Source of the DNA: a virus
Length of the DNA: 64,000 nt
Strand: one strand, 5' to 3'
Virus record (IMG/VR): IMGVR_UViG_3300044734_000006
Coordinates: 1 to 64,000 of that record
The notes beneath the pieces are model-generated. The model saw nothing but the letters and a program-made list of their open reading frames with translations, was not told the DNA's origin and did no database searches. Below, piece after piece: positions 9,316 through 18,739 of this stretch (its first letter is position 1; every line of letters begins with the position of its first letter). Made by a program: the position numbers and the translations under genes.

Positions 9316-9909
9316 TCAGTTCGGCAGGCACTTCTTGGCCGCAGAGTCGAAGTGACACGGGTGGATGGCGGTGTCTCCGGTTGGCTGGCCGGTTTGCACG
9401 AAGGCCCCGTTTTGGATCTCGACCGGGTACGGGAACGCGCTCACGACGCCTTCGATGTAGGCGGGATGGACCACTCCTGCCGCGTCGAGGCACATGGCCC
9501 ACGTTCCCATACCGCTCTGTGGCGGGTAGACGCCAACGGGATCCATCTGGCCCACGGCCACGCCAGCACCGTTGTTGTAGCCGCCGAACTCAGACTGCAG
9601 CGGGTTGGAGAGTTGCACGTTCACAGGAATTGGCCAGCCCATCGACTTGCAGACGCCTTCGGGCTTGCCTGCGTAGCTCTCCCACGTCGTCCACGTCGTC
9701 GGTGTGCCGGTGGCAAGCTGAGTCTCCAACTGGATCAGCGCGTGTCGGTAGTTGCTGTACGGGAACAGCGGGAGCGGCTGACCCTGGTTGTAAATCTGCT
9801 GCTGGGACGCCTGCGCGTTGTTCTCGACGTTGTTGGCGGCCGGCGTGCCGACGTCACACCCGACGACGAGCAGTGTCAGCGGGACGGCGAGGATGATCTT
9901 CCGTAGCAT
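9316..9909 (-). CDS. Lipoprotein
   Basis: MLRKIILAVPLTLLVVGC signal peptide with lipobox Cys. Confidence 0.8.
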   Translation of the reverse strand: MLRKIILAVPLTLLVVGCDVGTPAANNVENNAQASQQQIYNQGQPLPLFPYSNYRHALIQLETQLATGTPTTWTTWESYAGKPEGVCKSMGWPIPVNVQLSNPLQSEFGGYNNGAGVAVGQMDPVGVYPPQSGMGTWAMCLDAAGVVHPAYIEGVVSAFPYPVEIQNGAFVQTGQPTGDTAIHPCHFDSAAKKCLPN

Positions 9910-10284
9910 TCAGTGGGCTCCACAGTGGTCGATGGCGAAGGAACGTACGTCGGCGCTCTGCTCGGTGGGGCTGATCGACCCGGCTGCTGAGCAGATGTTA
10001 TTCCGAAGCGAGTTGGCGTGGGTCGTGTCACCGCTCGTCGCGGCGGTGTCATAGTCGGGGATCAGGCTCTCGGCCCGTCCGTTGGCGCCTTGGATGAAGT
10101 CGATGCTATGGCGCACGTTCTGTCCGTGCTGTGTGATCGCCGGCCCCTCCACGAAGCGCAGGTAGGCAAGATATCCGACCCACGAGAGGGCGACGATCAG
10201 CGCCACCACGAAGAGGCCGCGCAGCAGGACGTTAGCACCGATGCGGTCGGGGTTGTCGCTCTCGGTCCAGTGGGTACGGGTCAT
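9910..10284 (-). CDS. Single-pass membrane protein
   Basis: Hydrophobic stretch LLRGLFVVALIVALSWVGYLAYL; abuts both neighbours. Confidence 0.75.
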   Translation of the reverse strand: MTRTHWTESDNPDRIGANVLLRGLFVVALIVALSWVGYLAYLRFVEGPAITQHGQNVRHSIDFIQGANGRAESLIPDYDTAATSGDTTHANSLRNNICSAAGSISPTEQSADVRSFAIDHCGAH

Positions 10285-12062
10285 GGATGACGTTCTCCTG
10301 TGTGTGGTTGCGGGGCCATGGTCTCGCTCTCGAACAGATCAGCGAACACCTCGGGCACGCCAGCGTCGTCGACGATTGGCGCCTGCTCATGGATCTGGTC
10401 GAGCCCGTACGGCACCGTGAGCTTGCCCCACATCTCGAACGGACGAGTGTCGCCATGGTAGACCGTCTTGGCCAGCGTGATCCGCTCGCTCATGCTGATC
10501 AGGACCTTGCCCTCTGCGATGTTGGTGATCTCGTGCTGCGGCCAGCGCCATTCATCATGCGGCGTGACGGTGCGGGTGACCGTTTTGGTCCTCCGCTGCT
10601 CCTTGTTCCTGGCGTGACGCTCATGGCTGGACGGGTCGTCCTCTGTCGGCGACTGCTGGCGCCACCACGGGCTGTGGGTGCGTGCGGTGGCCTTGGTCGT
10701 CCGGTGGATGGTGTGCTTGCCGCCGGTCCGCTCAAGGCTGGCGAGCAGCTCGGGATCCTTGCACCCGCGTAGCACAGCGGTGACCGCCATGCCCTCGCGG
10801 ACCACCCTCTCGGTCTCCGCGTTCCACCGCAGGCTGAACTGTCCCATGGCCTGCACGGAGGCCATGAGCACGACCCCGCGTCCTCCCCCGTCGCCGATGA
10901 TCCGCGTGAGAGACGGCAGGGGGCTGAGCGTCGCCATCTCGTCCAGAGCGAGCAGGAACGGCCGCTCCAATGGCTGCCCACCCCGGCCGTCCGAGATGGC
11001 ATAGGCGGCCTCGGTGATCTCCTCGATTAGCCCGGTGGTCAGCGGCGCCAGGTCGCAGTTCGGGTCCGAGGGGGCGACGACGAACAGCACATGATCGCGG
11101 CCCAACTGCGGTCGGACGCTCGGGTCATGCTCGTCGTATCCGAGGAACTCGTACGGGTCGAAGCCGCACTCGCCGGCAAGGTTGGCATCCGCCAAGACCC
11201 GCGGGTTGTCGAACGCCGAGATGGCCGCGTCGAGGCAGGACCATACAGACCCCACCTCATCGCTCTCGCGAACCTTGGGATCGCGCAGGGTAAGGCTGGC
11301 CAGGTTCTCCAGCGCCTGTCGGTCTGGGCAGAGGTGCGGGTTCCCTTCCCACCGCGCGATCCGGTTTTTGAGGATGTCTGCGGGCTCGTCCACGTTGTGC
11401 TGCTTCACCCACGACCGGACGTGCCCCATGCCCTTGCCGTCCAGCGCAGCGGCGTACAGGAGAGGCGCGAGATACTGCGTGGCCCGCGTCTGCCAGTGGC
11501 TCGGATCCTTGGCCCCCTTGCCGGCGTTTACCCCCATGGCCCGTGCGCGCTTGGTGGCCGTGTAGAAATCCTCGCAGCCTCGCAGCGGAGACCAGTGCAG
11601 GCGTCGCACCCACGGCGGGACGTCGTCGGCTCCGAGGATCTGCATGGGGTCGAACACCCACACCTCACCACGGTAGGCGCGGACCGCCTTGCAGTGCTCA
11701 AGGATGTCCGGCTTGGTGCTCGTGGCGATGACCGGTCCCAGCCACGCCTGTACGTTGGGGATGATCAGCGTGGCGGTCTTGCCTCGCTGCGAGATGGCGA
11801 CGATCAGGACGTGCTCTCGCGGAGGAGCCTGCACAAACCTGCCCTTGTCCCAGCCGAGGATTGGCCGCCCGGGGATGATGCCGTACCAGATCGGGTCAAC
11901 GGGATCCACGCAGTGTAGCCGGGGCGGACGGAGGCGATGACCGTCGCGGAACACTGGGAAGGCGTGGTACTGAGCGAGGAGGCGCGGACCGTAGCGCATC
12001 TTGCCGTGCCAGCCAAGGCCACTCATCCCGGCGAGAGCGGCGACGATCTCGGGGAGGATCAC
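10281..12062 (-). CDS. virD4: Type IV secretion coupling protein (VirD4/TraG/TraD family)
   Basis: HVLIVAISQRGKT..IIPN...GPVIATSTKPD, VWVFDP, WSPLRGC, W..RA..YLAPLLYAAAL, LLALDEMATL.PLPSL....GGGRGV...VQ..GQ...W. Confidence 0.88.
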   Translation of the reverse strand: MILPEIVAALAGMSGLGWHGKMRYGPRLLAQYHAFPVFRDGHRLRPPRLHCVDPVDPIWYGIIPGRPILGWDKGRFVQAPPREHVLIVAISQRGKTATLIIPNVQAWLGPVIATSTKPDILEHCKAVRAYRGEVWVFDPMQILGADDVPPWVRRLHWSPLRGCEDFYTATKRARAMGVNAGKGAKDPSHWQTRATQYLAPLLYAAALDGKGMGHVRSWVKQHNVDEPADILKNRIARWEGNPHLCPDRQALENLASLTLRDPKVRESDEVGSVWSCLDAAISAFDNPRVLADANLAGECGFDPYEFLGYDEHDPSVRPQLGRDHVLFVVAPSDPNCDLAPLTTGLIEEITEAAYAISDGRGGQPLERPFLLALDEMATLSPLPSLTRIIGDGGGRGVVLMASVQAMGQFSLRWNAETERVVREGMAVTAVLRGCKDPELLASLERTGGKHTIHRTTKATARTHSPWWRQQSPTEDDPSSHERHARNKEQRRTKTVTRTVTPHDEWRWPQHEITNIAEGKVLISMSERITLAKTVYHGDTRPFEMWGKLTVPYGLDQIHEQAPIVDDAGVPEVFADLFESETMAPQPHTGERHP

Positions 12063-12559
12063 AGCGACCGCCCTCCGTAGGCGGGCTCGTTGACGGGTGT
12101 GTAGGCGGTCAGGTCGCGGGTCGTGGCGTCAGGTTGTGCGGCAGGCGTGGCTGTGCGTGACGCCTCGGCCGCTATGCGCTCGCGGATCGGCATGGACAGC
12201 TGCGCCGAGCCTTCGACGTACGGGTAGACGACACCACCGCATCTCCAGTTGTCGTTGGCGACGGCCCTCGTCGCGTAGTCGTCTGCCGCGCCTTCGAGCG
12301 AGTTTCTGTACGCCGCCTCCGAGCCGAACTGGCGGTGCAATTCCATGTTGCTCCCGTATGGCTCGCCAGATGTTAGGTAGTCCATGCAGGCGCGGTGAGC
12401 GTCTTTGTACTCGGACGTGCCGGTTACGACCTTCTCGGCGAGCGAGCCAGGTTCAACCTCCCAGCAGCCGTCGTTGGATGGAATCAGGTTGAAGATGCTC
12501 GGAACGTGCTCGGTGGGCGCCCAGTACAGCCCGGTTCCGTCTGCGCTGTGATCTGTCAT
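12059..12559 (-). CDS. Hypothetical protein ending in -PAYGGRSL
   Basis: ATGA/GTGA overlaps with neighbours; disordered C-terminal tail. Confidence 0.7.
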   Translation of the reverse strand: MTDHSADGTGLYWAPTEHVPSIFNLIPSNDGCWEVEPGSLAEKVVTGTSEYKDAHRACMDYLTSGEPYGSNMELHRQFGSEAAYRNSLEGAADDYATRAVANDNWRCGGVVYPYVEGSAQLSMPIRERIAAEASRTATPAAQPDATTRDLTAYTPVNEPAYGGRSL

Positions 12560-12789
12560 GTCACTCGCACCGTATAGATGCGCTGGCTGTCTTGGAATCC
12601 CCGTGCGATCTTGCGGTCCCGCTCCAACAGAACCAGTGCTCGGTACGTGCGCGCAGCCGGAATGCCAGCCGTATAGGCGAGGATGTCGATGACGTAGATG
12701 TTGCCGCTGCGGATGGCTTGCAGTACGAGTTCGCAGTCACCCGTGGTCCGGCGTCGGCGGAACAGTCGAGCGAGGATACCCATGTGCAT
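12556..12789 (-). CDS. Small winged-helix-like protein
   Basis: AGGAG RBS; LVLQAIRSG..YVIDI...AGIPAARTYRALVLLE..RKI...RIY (PadR-like). Confidence 0.5.
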   Translation of the reverse strand: MHMGILARLFRRRRTTGDCELVLQAIRSGNIYVIDILAYTAGIPAARTYRALVLLERDRKIARGFQDSQRIYTVRVT

Positions 12790-12812
12790 CTCCTGCAGCG
12801 AGCCGTGGTCGC

Positions 12813-13499
12813 TCACGTCCGACCCTGCCCGCGGCGCTGGTAGTCCTGCCAATCCTTCACCTTAGCCTTCGCCATGATGCGCTCACCACGGCGGTTGAAC
12901 AGGTCGACAGTGGGACGTCCGACGACCCCCTCGATTCGGGCGTCTGGCCACTTCGAGATCAGAACGCCAGCGGTGATCAGGCCCCATGCCTCATCCAGAC
13001 TTCCAGTGAACTGCCAAGGGACCGTGTCAAGACCTAGTGCCGACGCCACGCTGGAGACGTTGTCCCCTGTGAGCCACCAGCGCCCAACCAGTACATCGAA
13101 CACGATGACGGTCTGGTCCTGGCGATACATGCCTCCCTTCTGGATCTTGGCCCCGTACCCCTCGCCGTACACCGTGACGTCGTCAGCCTCCGGGAAAACC
13201 TCTCGCCACCGCTCCGGCAGCAGCAAGGGATCAAGGTTGCGGAGCAGTGGCGCGGGCACCTGCGCCTCGTCGGTTCGACCACCAACCGTCACCGTCTCTC
13301 CGTTCCAGTGGAGACGGATATTGGTTCCGTCGATCTTCTCGGTCCATCGCCACGGGGAATGAGCCAAGAACCCGAACTCGGGAACCGACCACTCGCCGGG
13401 GATGATGACATTGCGGTCGTCTCGCTGAAAGAGTGTCTGTATCTTTTGGTATGGAGGGCCGAACTTTGTGGTGTCCGGTGTCCGTACGTCAATGGTCAT
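12813..13499 (-). CDS. RNA ligase (Rnl2-like nucleotidyltransferase)
   Basis: Motif I TEKIDGTN, III VYGEGYG, IIIa FDV, IV IEGVV, V KAK. Confidence 0.9.
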   Translation of the reverse strand: MTIDVRTPDTTKFGPPYQKIQTLFQRDDRNVIIPGEWSVPEFGFLAHSPWRWTEKIDGTNIRLHWNGETVTVGGRTDEAQVPAPLLRNLDPLLLPERWREVFPEADDVTVYGEGYGAKIQKGGMYRQDQTVIVFDVLVGRWWLTGDNVSSVASALGLDTVPWQFTGSLDEAWGLITAGVLISKWPDARIEGVVGRPTVDLFNRRGERIMAKAKVKDWQDYQRRGQGRT

Positions 13500-13508
13500 G
13501 CGTGTCTC

Positions 13509-14474
13509 CTACAGTGACCGACCGAGTTGAGGTGCTGCATCTAATTCGGCCTCGTCGCGAATTGGCTCGGCTGGCGCAGAGGGTCCGCCGATCGCCTCTC
13601 GCATGACCGAGGCGGGCGCTCCGCACGCAGTGTCCTCGTCACCCATGCTCGTAACGGCGACGACCTTGCCATAGTCGGGTCCGGGCATCATCTGGAGCAT
13701 CGGCGATCCTGACCATCCGGGATCCACGGGTGTAGCGACCACGGTGCGGGTAAAGGCGTTGTCGTGGCACGCAGGCTGGTCGGTGCGCGTACCGAGTACG
13801 GTGGTCGGGATTACGCCTCGGTCTGAGACGATGGCAACTTGGTCACCGGCCACGGCATCACGAGATGCCAGTTCGAGCGCGTCATCCCCGTCCCCCTGCC
13901 TGCCGCTGACCACCGCGAAGTCATCATGGTAGTCATCGACCACCTTCCGATGCGCCCAGTCCCCATCGACAACGTGCTGCGCCGTTGCTCTGCCGGTGGT
14001 TCCATCGGGCATGCGCAGGTCCCACGCCGTCCCCTTCGGGTTGGACAGTCCGCGGGCTGCGTAGATCGTCCCCGTATGTGCCTCCGCGTTCCCGATCGGG
14101 TCGGCGGCGGCCACGCTGTCGTATCCGTGCCCAGCCGCGAAGGCGTCGTGCTCCGCTGCCTGCGGGGCCGCCAGCGCGGTGGTGGATTTGAGCGTGGTCT
14201 GGCCCATGTCGCGCTCGAGCGAACGGGAAGCGGACGCCGCAGGCTCCTCGGCCTGAACTGGCGCCGCTTCCCGCCGCGGTGCGGGTGCCGATGGTGGATC
14301 GAGGTGATGGATCGGCACCCTGCCCTCGCGGAGCACGGAAACCGCTCGGAACGCACCGCTGTCGACGTGACGCTTCACTGTGCTGTCGAGGTGACGTGGG
14401 GCCACGCAGTGCCGGGACTGGCGACCGCTCTGGTCCTCCAGCACGACCATGGCGGGTTGCTGACGGCTGAACAT
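13509..14474 (-). CDS. Trypsin-like (S1) serine protease ending in -PQLGRSL
   Basis: Triad motifs TAQHVV, HDDFAVV, PGWSGSPM; no signal peptide. Confidence 0.82.
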   Translation of the reverse strand: MFSRQQPAMVVLEDQSGRQSRHCVAPRHLDSTVKRHVDSGAFRAVSVLREGRVPIHHLDPPSAPAPRREAAPVQAEEPAASASRSLERDMGQTTLKSTTALAAPQAAEHDAFAAGHGYDSVAAADPIGNAEAHTGTIYAARGLSNPKGTAWDLRMPDGTTGRATAQHVVDGDWAHRKVVDDYHDDFAVVSGRQGDGDDALELASRDAVAGDQVAIVSDRGVIPTTVLGTRTDQPACHDNAFTRTVVATPVDPGWSGSPMLQMMPGPDYGKVVAVTSMGDEDTACGAPASVMREAIGGPSAPAEPIRDEAELDAAPQLGRSL

Positions 14475-14479
14475 TGCTC

Positions 14480-17400
14480 CTATCCCATCCCGTGCGAGTT
14501 GCCGCCGATTTCGTGCGACGGCGTGGTGTCTGTCTCTGCCGCGGAGTGATCCGGGGCCAAGTCTCTCGTCTCGGCCGTCTCGCGCGCAGGCTCAGGCTCT
14601 GGCGTGTGGTCTGCTACGAGCTCCGTCTCTCTCTCGGGCTCAGCGTCGCGCTCAGGCTTCGCGTCCGCGCCCTCGCGGCTGGCTTCCGGCTCCGGGCGGG
14701 CTTCCTTTGCCTGCTCGCGGTCCTGCTCCTCATCAGCGTCAGGGCGCGACGGTCCATCAGTAGGGCGCTCGTCACCGGCGTTATCCGCGGGCTTGGGGCT
14801 CGGCTCGTGGTCCTGCGCCAGATCGCGTAGGCCATGCCGCTCCAGCACGTCGGGGTCATGGGGCGGGCGCTCTGCTAGCTGCGCGTCGTCGACGCTAGGC
14901 GGTGGCGGCAACTCTGCGTCTTCGGGTCGCGCAAGCCCACGTCTGTGCTCTGGCGCTACGTCGTCCTGCTCTGCTGCGCGGCCCCGTCCGTACACGGGCT
15001 CAGGCAGATCGCGCTCGCCAGCCTGACGCAGGCCCCGCTCGTGCTCTGGCGGTGCGGTGCGTGGACCCTGCCCGCCCAACCTCGCCCACGCCTCGTCAAG
15101 GTTGCGCTCGAACGTCTCGCGGTCCACCGGTAGGCCACGCTCTCGTGCCTCCGCTGCGACCCGTGCCTGTGTGGCGTAGGCGTCGTTCCACCCAGACGGT
15201 GCGGTCGTGCTGACGGGCTCGGCATTCCTTTCCGTGCCCTCGCGCAGCCACGACGTGTCGGTGAGCGGGTTGGGGGAGCTCTGTCGCGGGGCACCCGTGC
15301 TGGCCTGCTGCTCCCACATCGGCGCTGCGTCACGGAGGCGTCCAGACTGCTCACGGCCGACCGGGACCGTCTGCATCTCCCGTAGTGCCGATGCCTCAGT
15401 GATCTGCTGGAGTAGGTCGGGCTCCTGCGAACCAGCCTCGAGCCGCGCACGCTCTGCGGTCGGCAGGCCAGCGTGACCGTTCCCTACCGCTCCCGCCATG
15501 TCCACGATCTCTGCGGTGACGGGCCGGCCGTCCACGCGCGTCACCACGGGCTGCGGTGCATGCTCCGGTGTGGCTGCGATTCCACGGCGCTCCGCGTTGG
15601 CTGCGAACCCGTCGAACCCGTCCCGGCCTACGGCGTCGTGCGCTGGAGTATCCAGCGGCAAGGTGCGGACGTCGGCGACAGGCTGGCTCTCAGGGGTGGC
15701 GACGCGGTCCTGTGTGTGTGCCTGATCGGCGGCAGCCATCCGTGCTGCGCGCTCCTCGCGCTCCGCCGGGGTATGGAGTTCGTCGCGCAGATTCGGCACG
15801 ACCTCGCCGTTCGCCCTACGTATGTCGTTCTCGGTGGTGCCTGGTGGCAGGCCGTTCAGGTCGTCAACCATCCACGCGTCGTTGATTGGGTCAGACCGAC
15901 GCTGCTCGTCCATCCGCTGAGCGAACCGCTCCAACCGGTCGTTGCGGCCCACGTCTGGATCCACCACCGCGATCTGCTCGGCGCTGTGGAGTTCTCTGCG
16001 GAGGCTCCTGTTGACGCCGTTTCCCAGCGCAAGGTCGACATCGGAGTGGGACAGATGCGTGCCGAAGTCACTCTCTCGGTCGATGTCTGAGTAGTCACGC
16101 CGCCGTGCCGCTCCACTGTGCTGGATTACGGTTAGTCCTTCCGCCTCAGCCGCCTCACGGATGCGCTGTGCGGTATCTGGGGTGGCGAATCCTTCCACTG
16201 CCGCGTTCTGGTGAAAGATCGCTCCGGTCGCGCCCACGCTGTTCGCGATGCCTGGCTGCGATCCGTGGGTCACGAATCCGGCCTGGTTCATCCTGACGAG
16301 CGGATCATTGATCAGGGCTGTCTCTGGGTCCGGGTCGGGATGGCCGTTCGGATGTGCGAGATTGCCGGGCAGGAATTGCTCCGCAGTCACCTTGCCAAGG
16401 TGGTTGGTCGTCGTGGCATCGCCCCAGTCGCGGATGACGCGCTGCTCGCGAGCGGGCCTTTCCGCAGCCAACACGTCCGGTACCGACTCCTTCACCAACC
16501 CATGCTGCTTGGCGAGAACGGACGCGGCCGTGCCCTCTTCGTGGCCGTTGATCCTGTCGACTTGCCGTAGTTCCTCAAGCGAAGGCACTCCAACGACCTT
16601 GCCGTCCTTGTCGAGTGCGAGCGTGGAGGTGTTCGTCTCAACCCCACCGCGGAGGAATAGCGAGTTTTCTGCCGCCCTAGCCGCGCGCTGAGCACGCGGA
16701 GAGGCGACGGACTGCGACACGGCGGCTGCGTTGGCCACGGCCTCCTCGCGCTGTATGCCGTCGAGGGACCGTATTCCTCGCTGAACACGCTGCTCCTGAG
16801 CAGGTGTCAGGGTGACAACTCCGGCAGTGTTGCGCTGCGGTGTCCGTGGCTTCCGTCCGCCGACCACGGGCACGCTGGAGCCGAGGGCGTCCGCGATGCT
16901 CGCCACGGAGGGGATGCGGCGTGGCTTGCTGGTAGGGCTCTGTGTGCTGCGGCCGCTGCTCCCGCCTCCTCCCCCGCCGTTTCGCGCTGCGCTGGCCGGT
17001 GGCGTGGCTGCGGTCCTGCTGCGTGCGTCCGGCTTGGGCGGTTGCTTCTCGCCGCATGCGCTGACTACCTTGCCGCCGATGCCGGCGACGAACGACCCGC
17101 CGCCACCCTCGCCGACTTCCAACTCGAACAGATCGCGGACTTGACCCGTCTTCTCTCCACGCTGGTTGCGCAGCCACGAGTGGTTGCCACCACCGCCATG
17201 TCCGCCATCCAGCCGTGCGGCTTGGTACTTGGGCCGGAACGGAGACCAGACGGGGGTGATGTCCGTGCGCTCGCCAAGGGTCTCTGCGACGAGCCGTGCC
17301 CCCGTCACCAAGAACGGTGAAGCGGTCGGCAGCGGCCTCCAGTCCGGGCCGTAGTAGCCCTTCAGCAGCGCACGACGGTGGTCCTCATCCATTCCCAGCG

Positions 17401-18727
17401 CCCATGGCGGGACCGTCTTGGTGTGCGGCTTGTCGCCGAAGTGCTCCGCAAGCCACTTCGCCTGAGCCTGATCGCGCCCCTCGAACGTGACGCCGCCGCC
17501 CTTATCCTCGCGTCCCGTCCAGCCCGTGAGATGCTGGCGGATGGCTTGTGCCTCTCGCCGATCGGTGGCCTTGATCGTGATGCGGTCACCGTTTATGGTT
17601 CCGCTGCGCAGGTAGTTACCGACGAGATGCCACTCCTCGGGCGAATCCGGCGCGCCTGCGGGGATCGGAAGCGGATCGAAGTGCGTCGGCGTGGCCCACT
17701 CGTGGATCTTCGGGTTGAGCAGTCTCGGCGCCACCCATGCCGGCGATCCGTCCTTCTGACGCACCAACACGGGGTGACTGTCCGATGCCTCGATCGGTGG
17801 ATGACCGTCGCCCGAGATGCGCGCAGTCGGTCCCTTGTGCCTGTGTGACTTGGTGACCTTAGCCCACCGGCCGTTGTGGTCGACGACTTGGTCACCCTGG
17901 CGCACGTCCTCGATGAACACGATCCCGCGATCGGTCACCACGGGCGTTCCCTTGGGGAACCCCTCGGGCTTGCGCTTTCCGGGGTTAGGGATGTGTGTGG
18001 TGGCGGGGGCGGCGTTGGATTGGGTTGGCACAGACGTACCTTCATGAGCGATGGCGCTTTGCTCTTGCAGTCCGCGCCTTTGGGCTTCGTCGTAATGGCG
18101 TCTCTTCAGTTTCTCGGCTCGGTGGTATGCCTTCCAGCCAGTGCGCTGAGCGCGTTTGTCATCACTGTGTGCTCCAGCCCACCACTCATTTTTGAGGCGA
18201 ATGATCTCGGCCTGAGTTGCGGCGTCGGGAGGTGGTAGCAACTCCTCGCGGTGCTCGTCCTCTAGTTCGTCAATCTGGCGCTGGAACTTCCGGTCGGCTG
18301 CATGCTTGTGGGCCAGCGCCATGGCAACGTCGCGGTCGCCATCGATGACGGCCCAGTAGAAGCGCATTTCGGGTGGAGCAGATGGTCCACGCCAAGGGTC
18401 TTCGCCACGCTGGACGGCGGCGGCGATGTCCTGTACCGCGGGGTGATCCGTTACGGCGTCCACAAGCTCGTGCGTCCACACTGCGCCCTCGTTGTCACTG
18501 AGTTCGAACCCTTGCTGTACACGCTCCCACGCATCGGGTTTGGGCGATGGAGCCTGAGCGTGGACGTCCTTGGCGTCCGTCCGGGCGTCCTCGGAACCCT
18601 CGCCGAACAGAGAGTCGACATAACGTGCATTACGCGCAGCCGCGAGTAGACGATCAACTCGCTGTTCAAGGCGCCGACGCTCGGCAACTTGCTCGAACAG
18701 TTCGTCGCTACCGCTATGGCTGGCCAT
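14480..18727 (-). CDS. 1415-aa multidomain protein: degenerate intein (Hint + LAGLIDADG), DUF6919-like domain, long disordered acidic tail
   Basis: GFPKGTPVVTDRG..IEDV..GD.V, SDSHPVLV, LLKGYYG, LFELEV...SFVAG..VVSAC; ETALINDPLVRMNQAGFVTHGSQPG...QNAAVEGF. Confidence 0.85.
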   Translation of the reverse strand: MASHSGSDELFEQVAERRRLEQRVDRLLAAARNARYVDSLFGEGSEDARTDAKDVHAQAPSPKPDAWERVQQGFELSDNEGAVWTHELVDAVTDHPAVQDIAAAVQRGEDPWRGPSAPPEMRFYWAVIDGDRDVAMALAHKHAADRKFQRQIDELEDEHREELLPPPDAATQAEIIRLKNEWWAGAHSDDKRAQRTGWKAYHRAEKLKRRHYDEAQRRGLQEQSAIAHEGTSVPTQSNAAPATTHIPNPGKRKPEGFPKGTPVVTDRGIVFIEDVRQGDQVVDHNGRWAKVTKSHRHKGPTARISGDGHPPIEASDSHPVLVRQKDGSPAWVAPRLLNPKIHEWATPTHFDPLPIPAGAPDSPEEWHLVGNYLRSGTINGDRITIKATDRREAQAIRQHLTGWTGREDKGGGVTFEGRDQAQAKWLAEHFGDKPHTKTVPPWALGMDEDHRRALLKGYYGPDWRPLPTASPFLVTGARLVAETLGERTDITPVWSPFRPKYQAARLDGGHGGGGNHSWLRNQRGEKTGQVRDLFELEVGEGGGGSFVAGIGGKVVSACGEKQPPKPDARSRTAATPPASAARNGGGGGGSSGRSTQSPTSKPRRIPSVASIADALGSSVPVVGGRKPRTPQRNTAGVVTLTPAQEQRVQRGIRSLDGIQREEAVANAAAVSQSVASPRAQRAARAAENSLFLRGGVETNTSTLALDKDGKVVGVPSLEELRQVDRINGHEEGTAASVLAKQHGLVKESVPDVLAAERPAREQRVIRDWGDATTTNHLGKVTAEQFLPGNLAHPNGHPDPDPETALINDPLVRMNQAGFVTHGSQPGIANSVGATGAIFHQNAAVEGFATPDTAQRIREAAEAEGLTVIQHSGAARRRDYSDIDRESDFGTHLSHSDVDLALGNGVNRSLRRELHSAEQIAVVDPDVGRNDRLERFAQRMDEQRRSDPINDAWMVDDLNGLPPGTTENDIRRANGEVVPNLRDELHTPAEREERAARMAAADQAHTQDRVATPESQPVADVRTLPLDTPAHDAVGRDGFDGFAANAERRGIAATPEHAPQPVVTRVDGRPVTAEIVDMAGAVGNGHAGLPTAERARLEAGSQEPDLLQQITEASALREMQTVPVGREQSGRLRDAAPMWEQQASTGAPRQSSPNPLTDTSWLREGTERNAEPVSTTAPSGWNDAYATQARVAAEARERGLPVDRETFERNLDEAWARLGGQGPRTAPPEHERGLRQAGERDLPEPVYGRGRAAEQDDVAPEHRRGLARPEDAELPPPPSVDDAQLAERPPHDPDVLERHGLRDLAQDHEPSPKPADNAGDERPTDGPSRPDADEEQDREQAKEARPEPEASREGADAKPERDAEPERETELVADHTPEPEPARETAETRDLAPDHSAAETDTTPSHEIGGNSHGMG
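17057..17962 (-). mobile_element. Intein-derived region (302 aa) lacking Cys1 and terminal His-Asn
   Basis: Blocks A, B, C, E, F, G recognisable; first residue Gly, last residues Ser-Ala, +1 Cys kept. Confidence 0.8.
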
Positions 18728-18739
18728 CTAAGTCCCCTG

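Noticed and set aside
14480-18727. 1415-aa protein as a relaxase or tape-measure protein
   Set aside because: No N-terminal Tyr/HUH relaxase motifs, no TMP-like helical repeats, and it is outside the tail region
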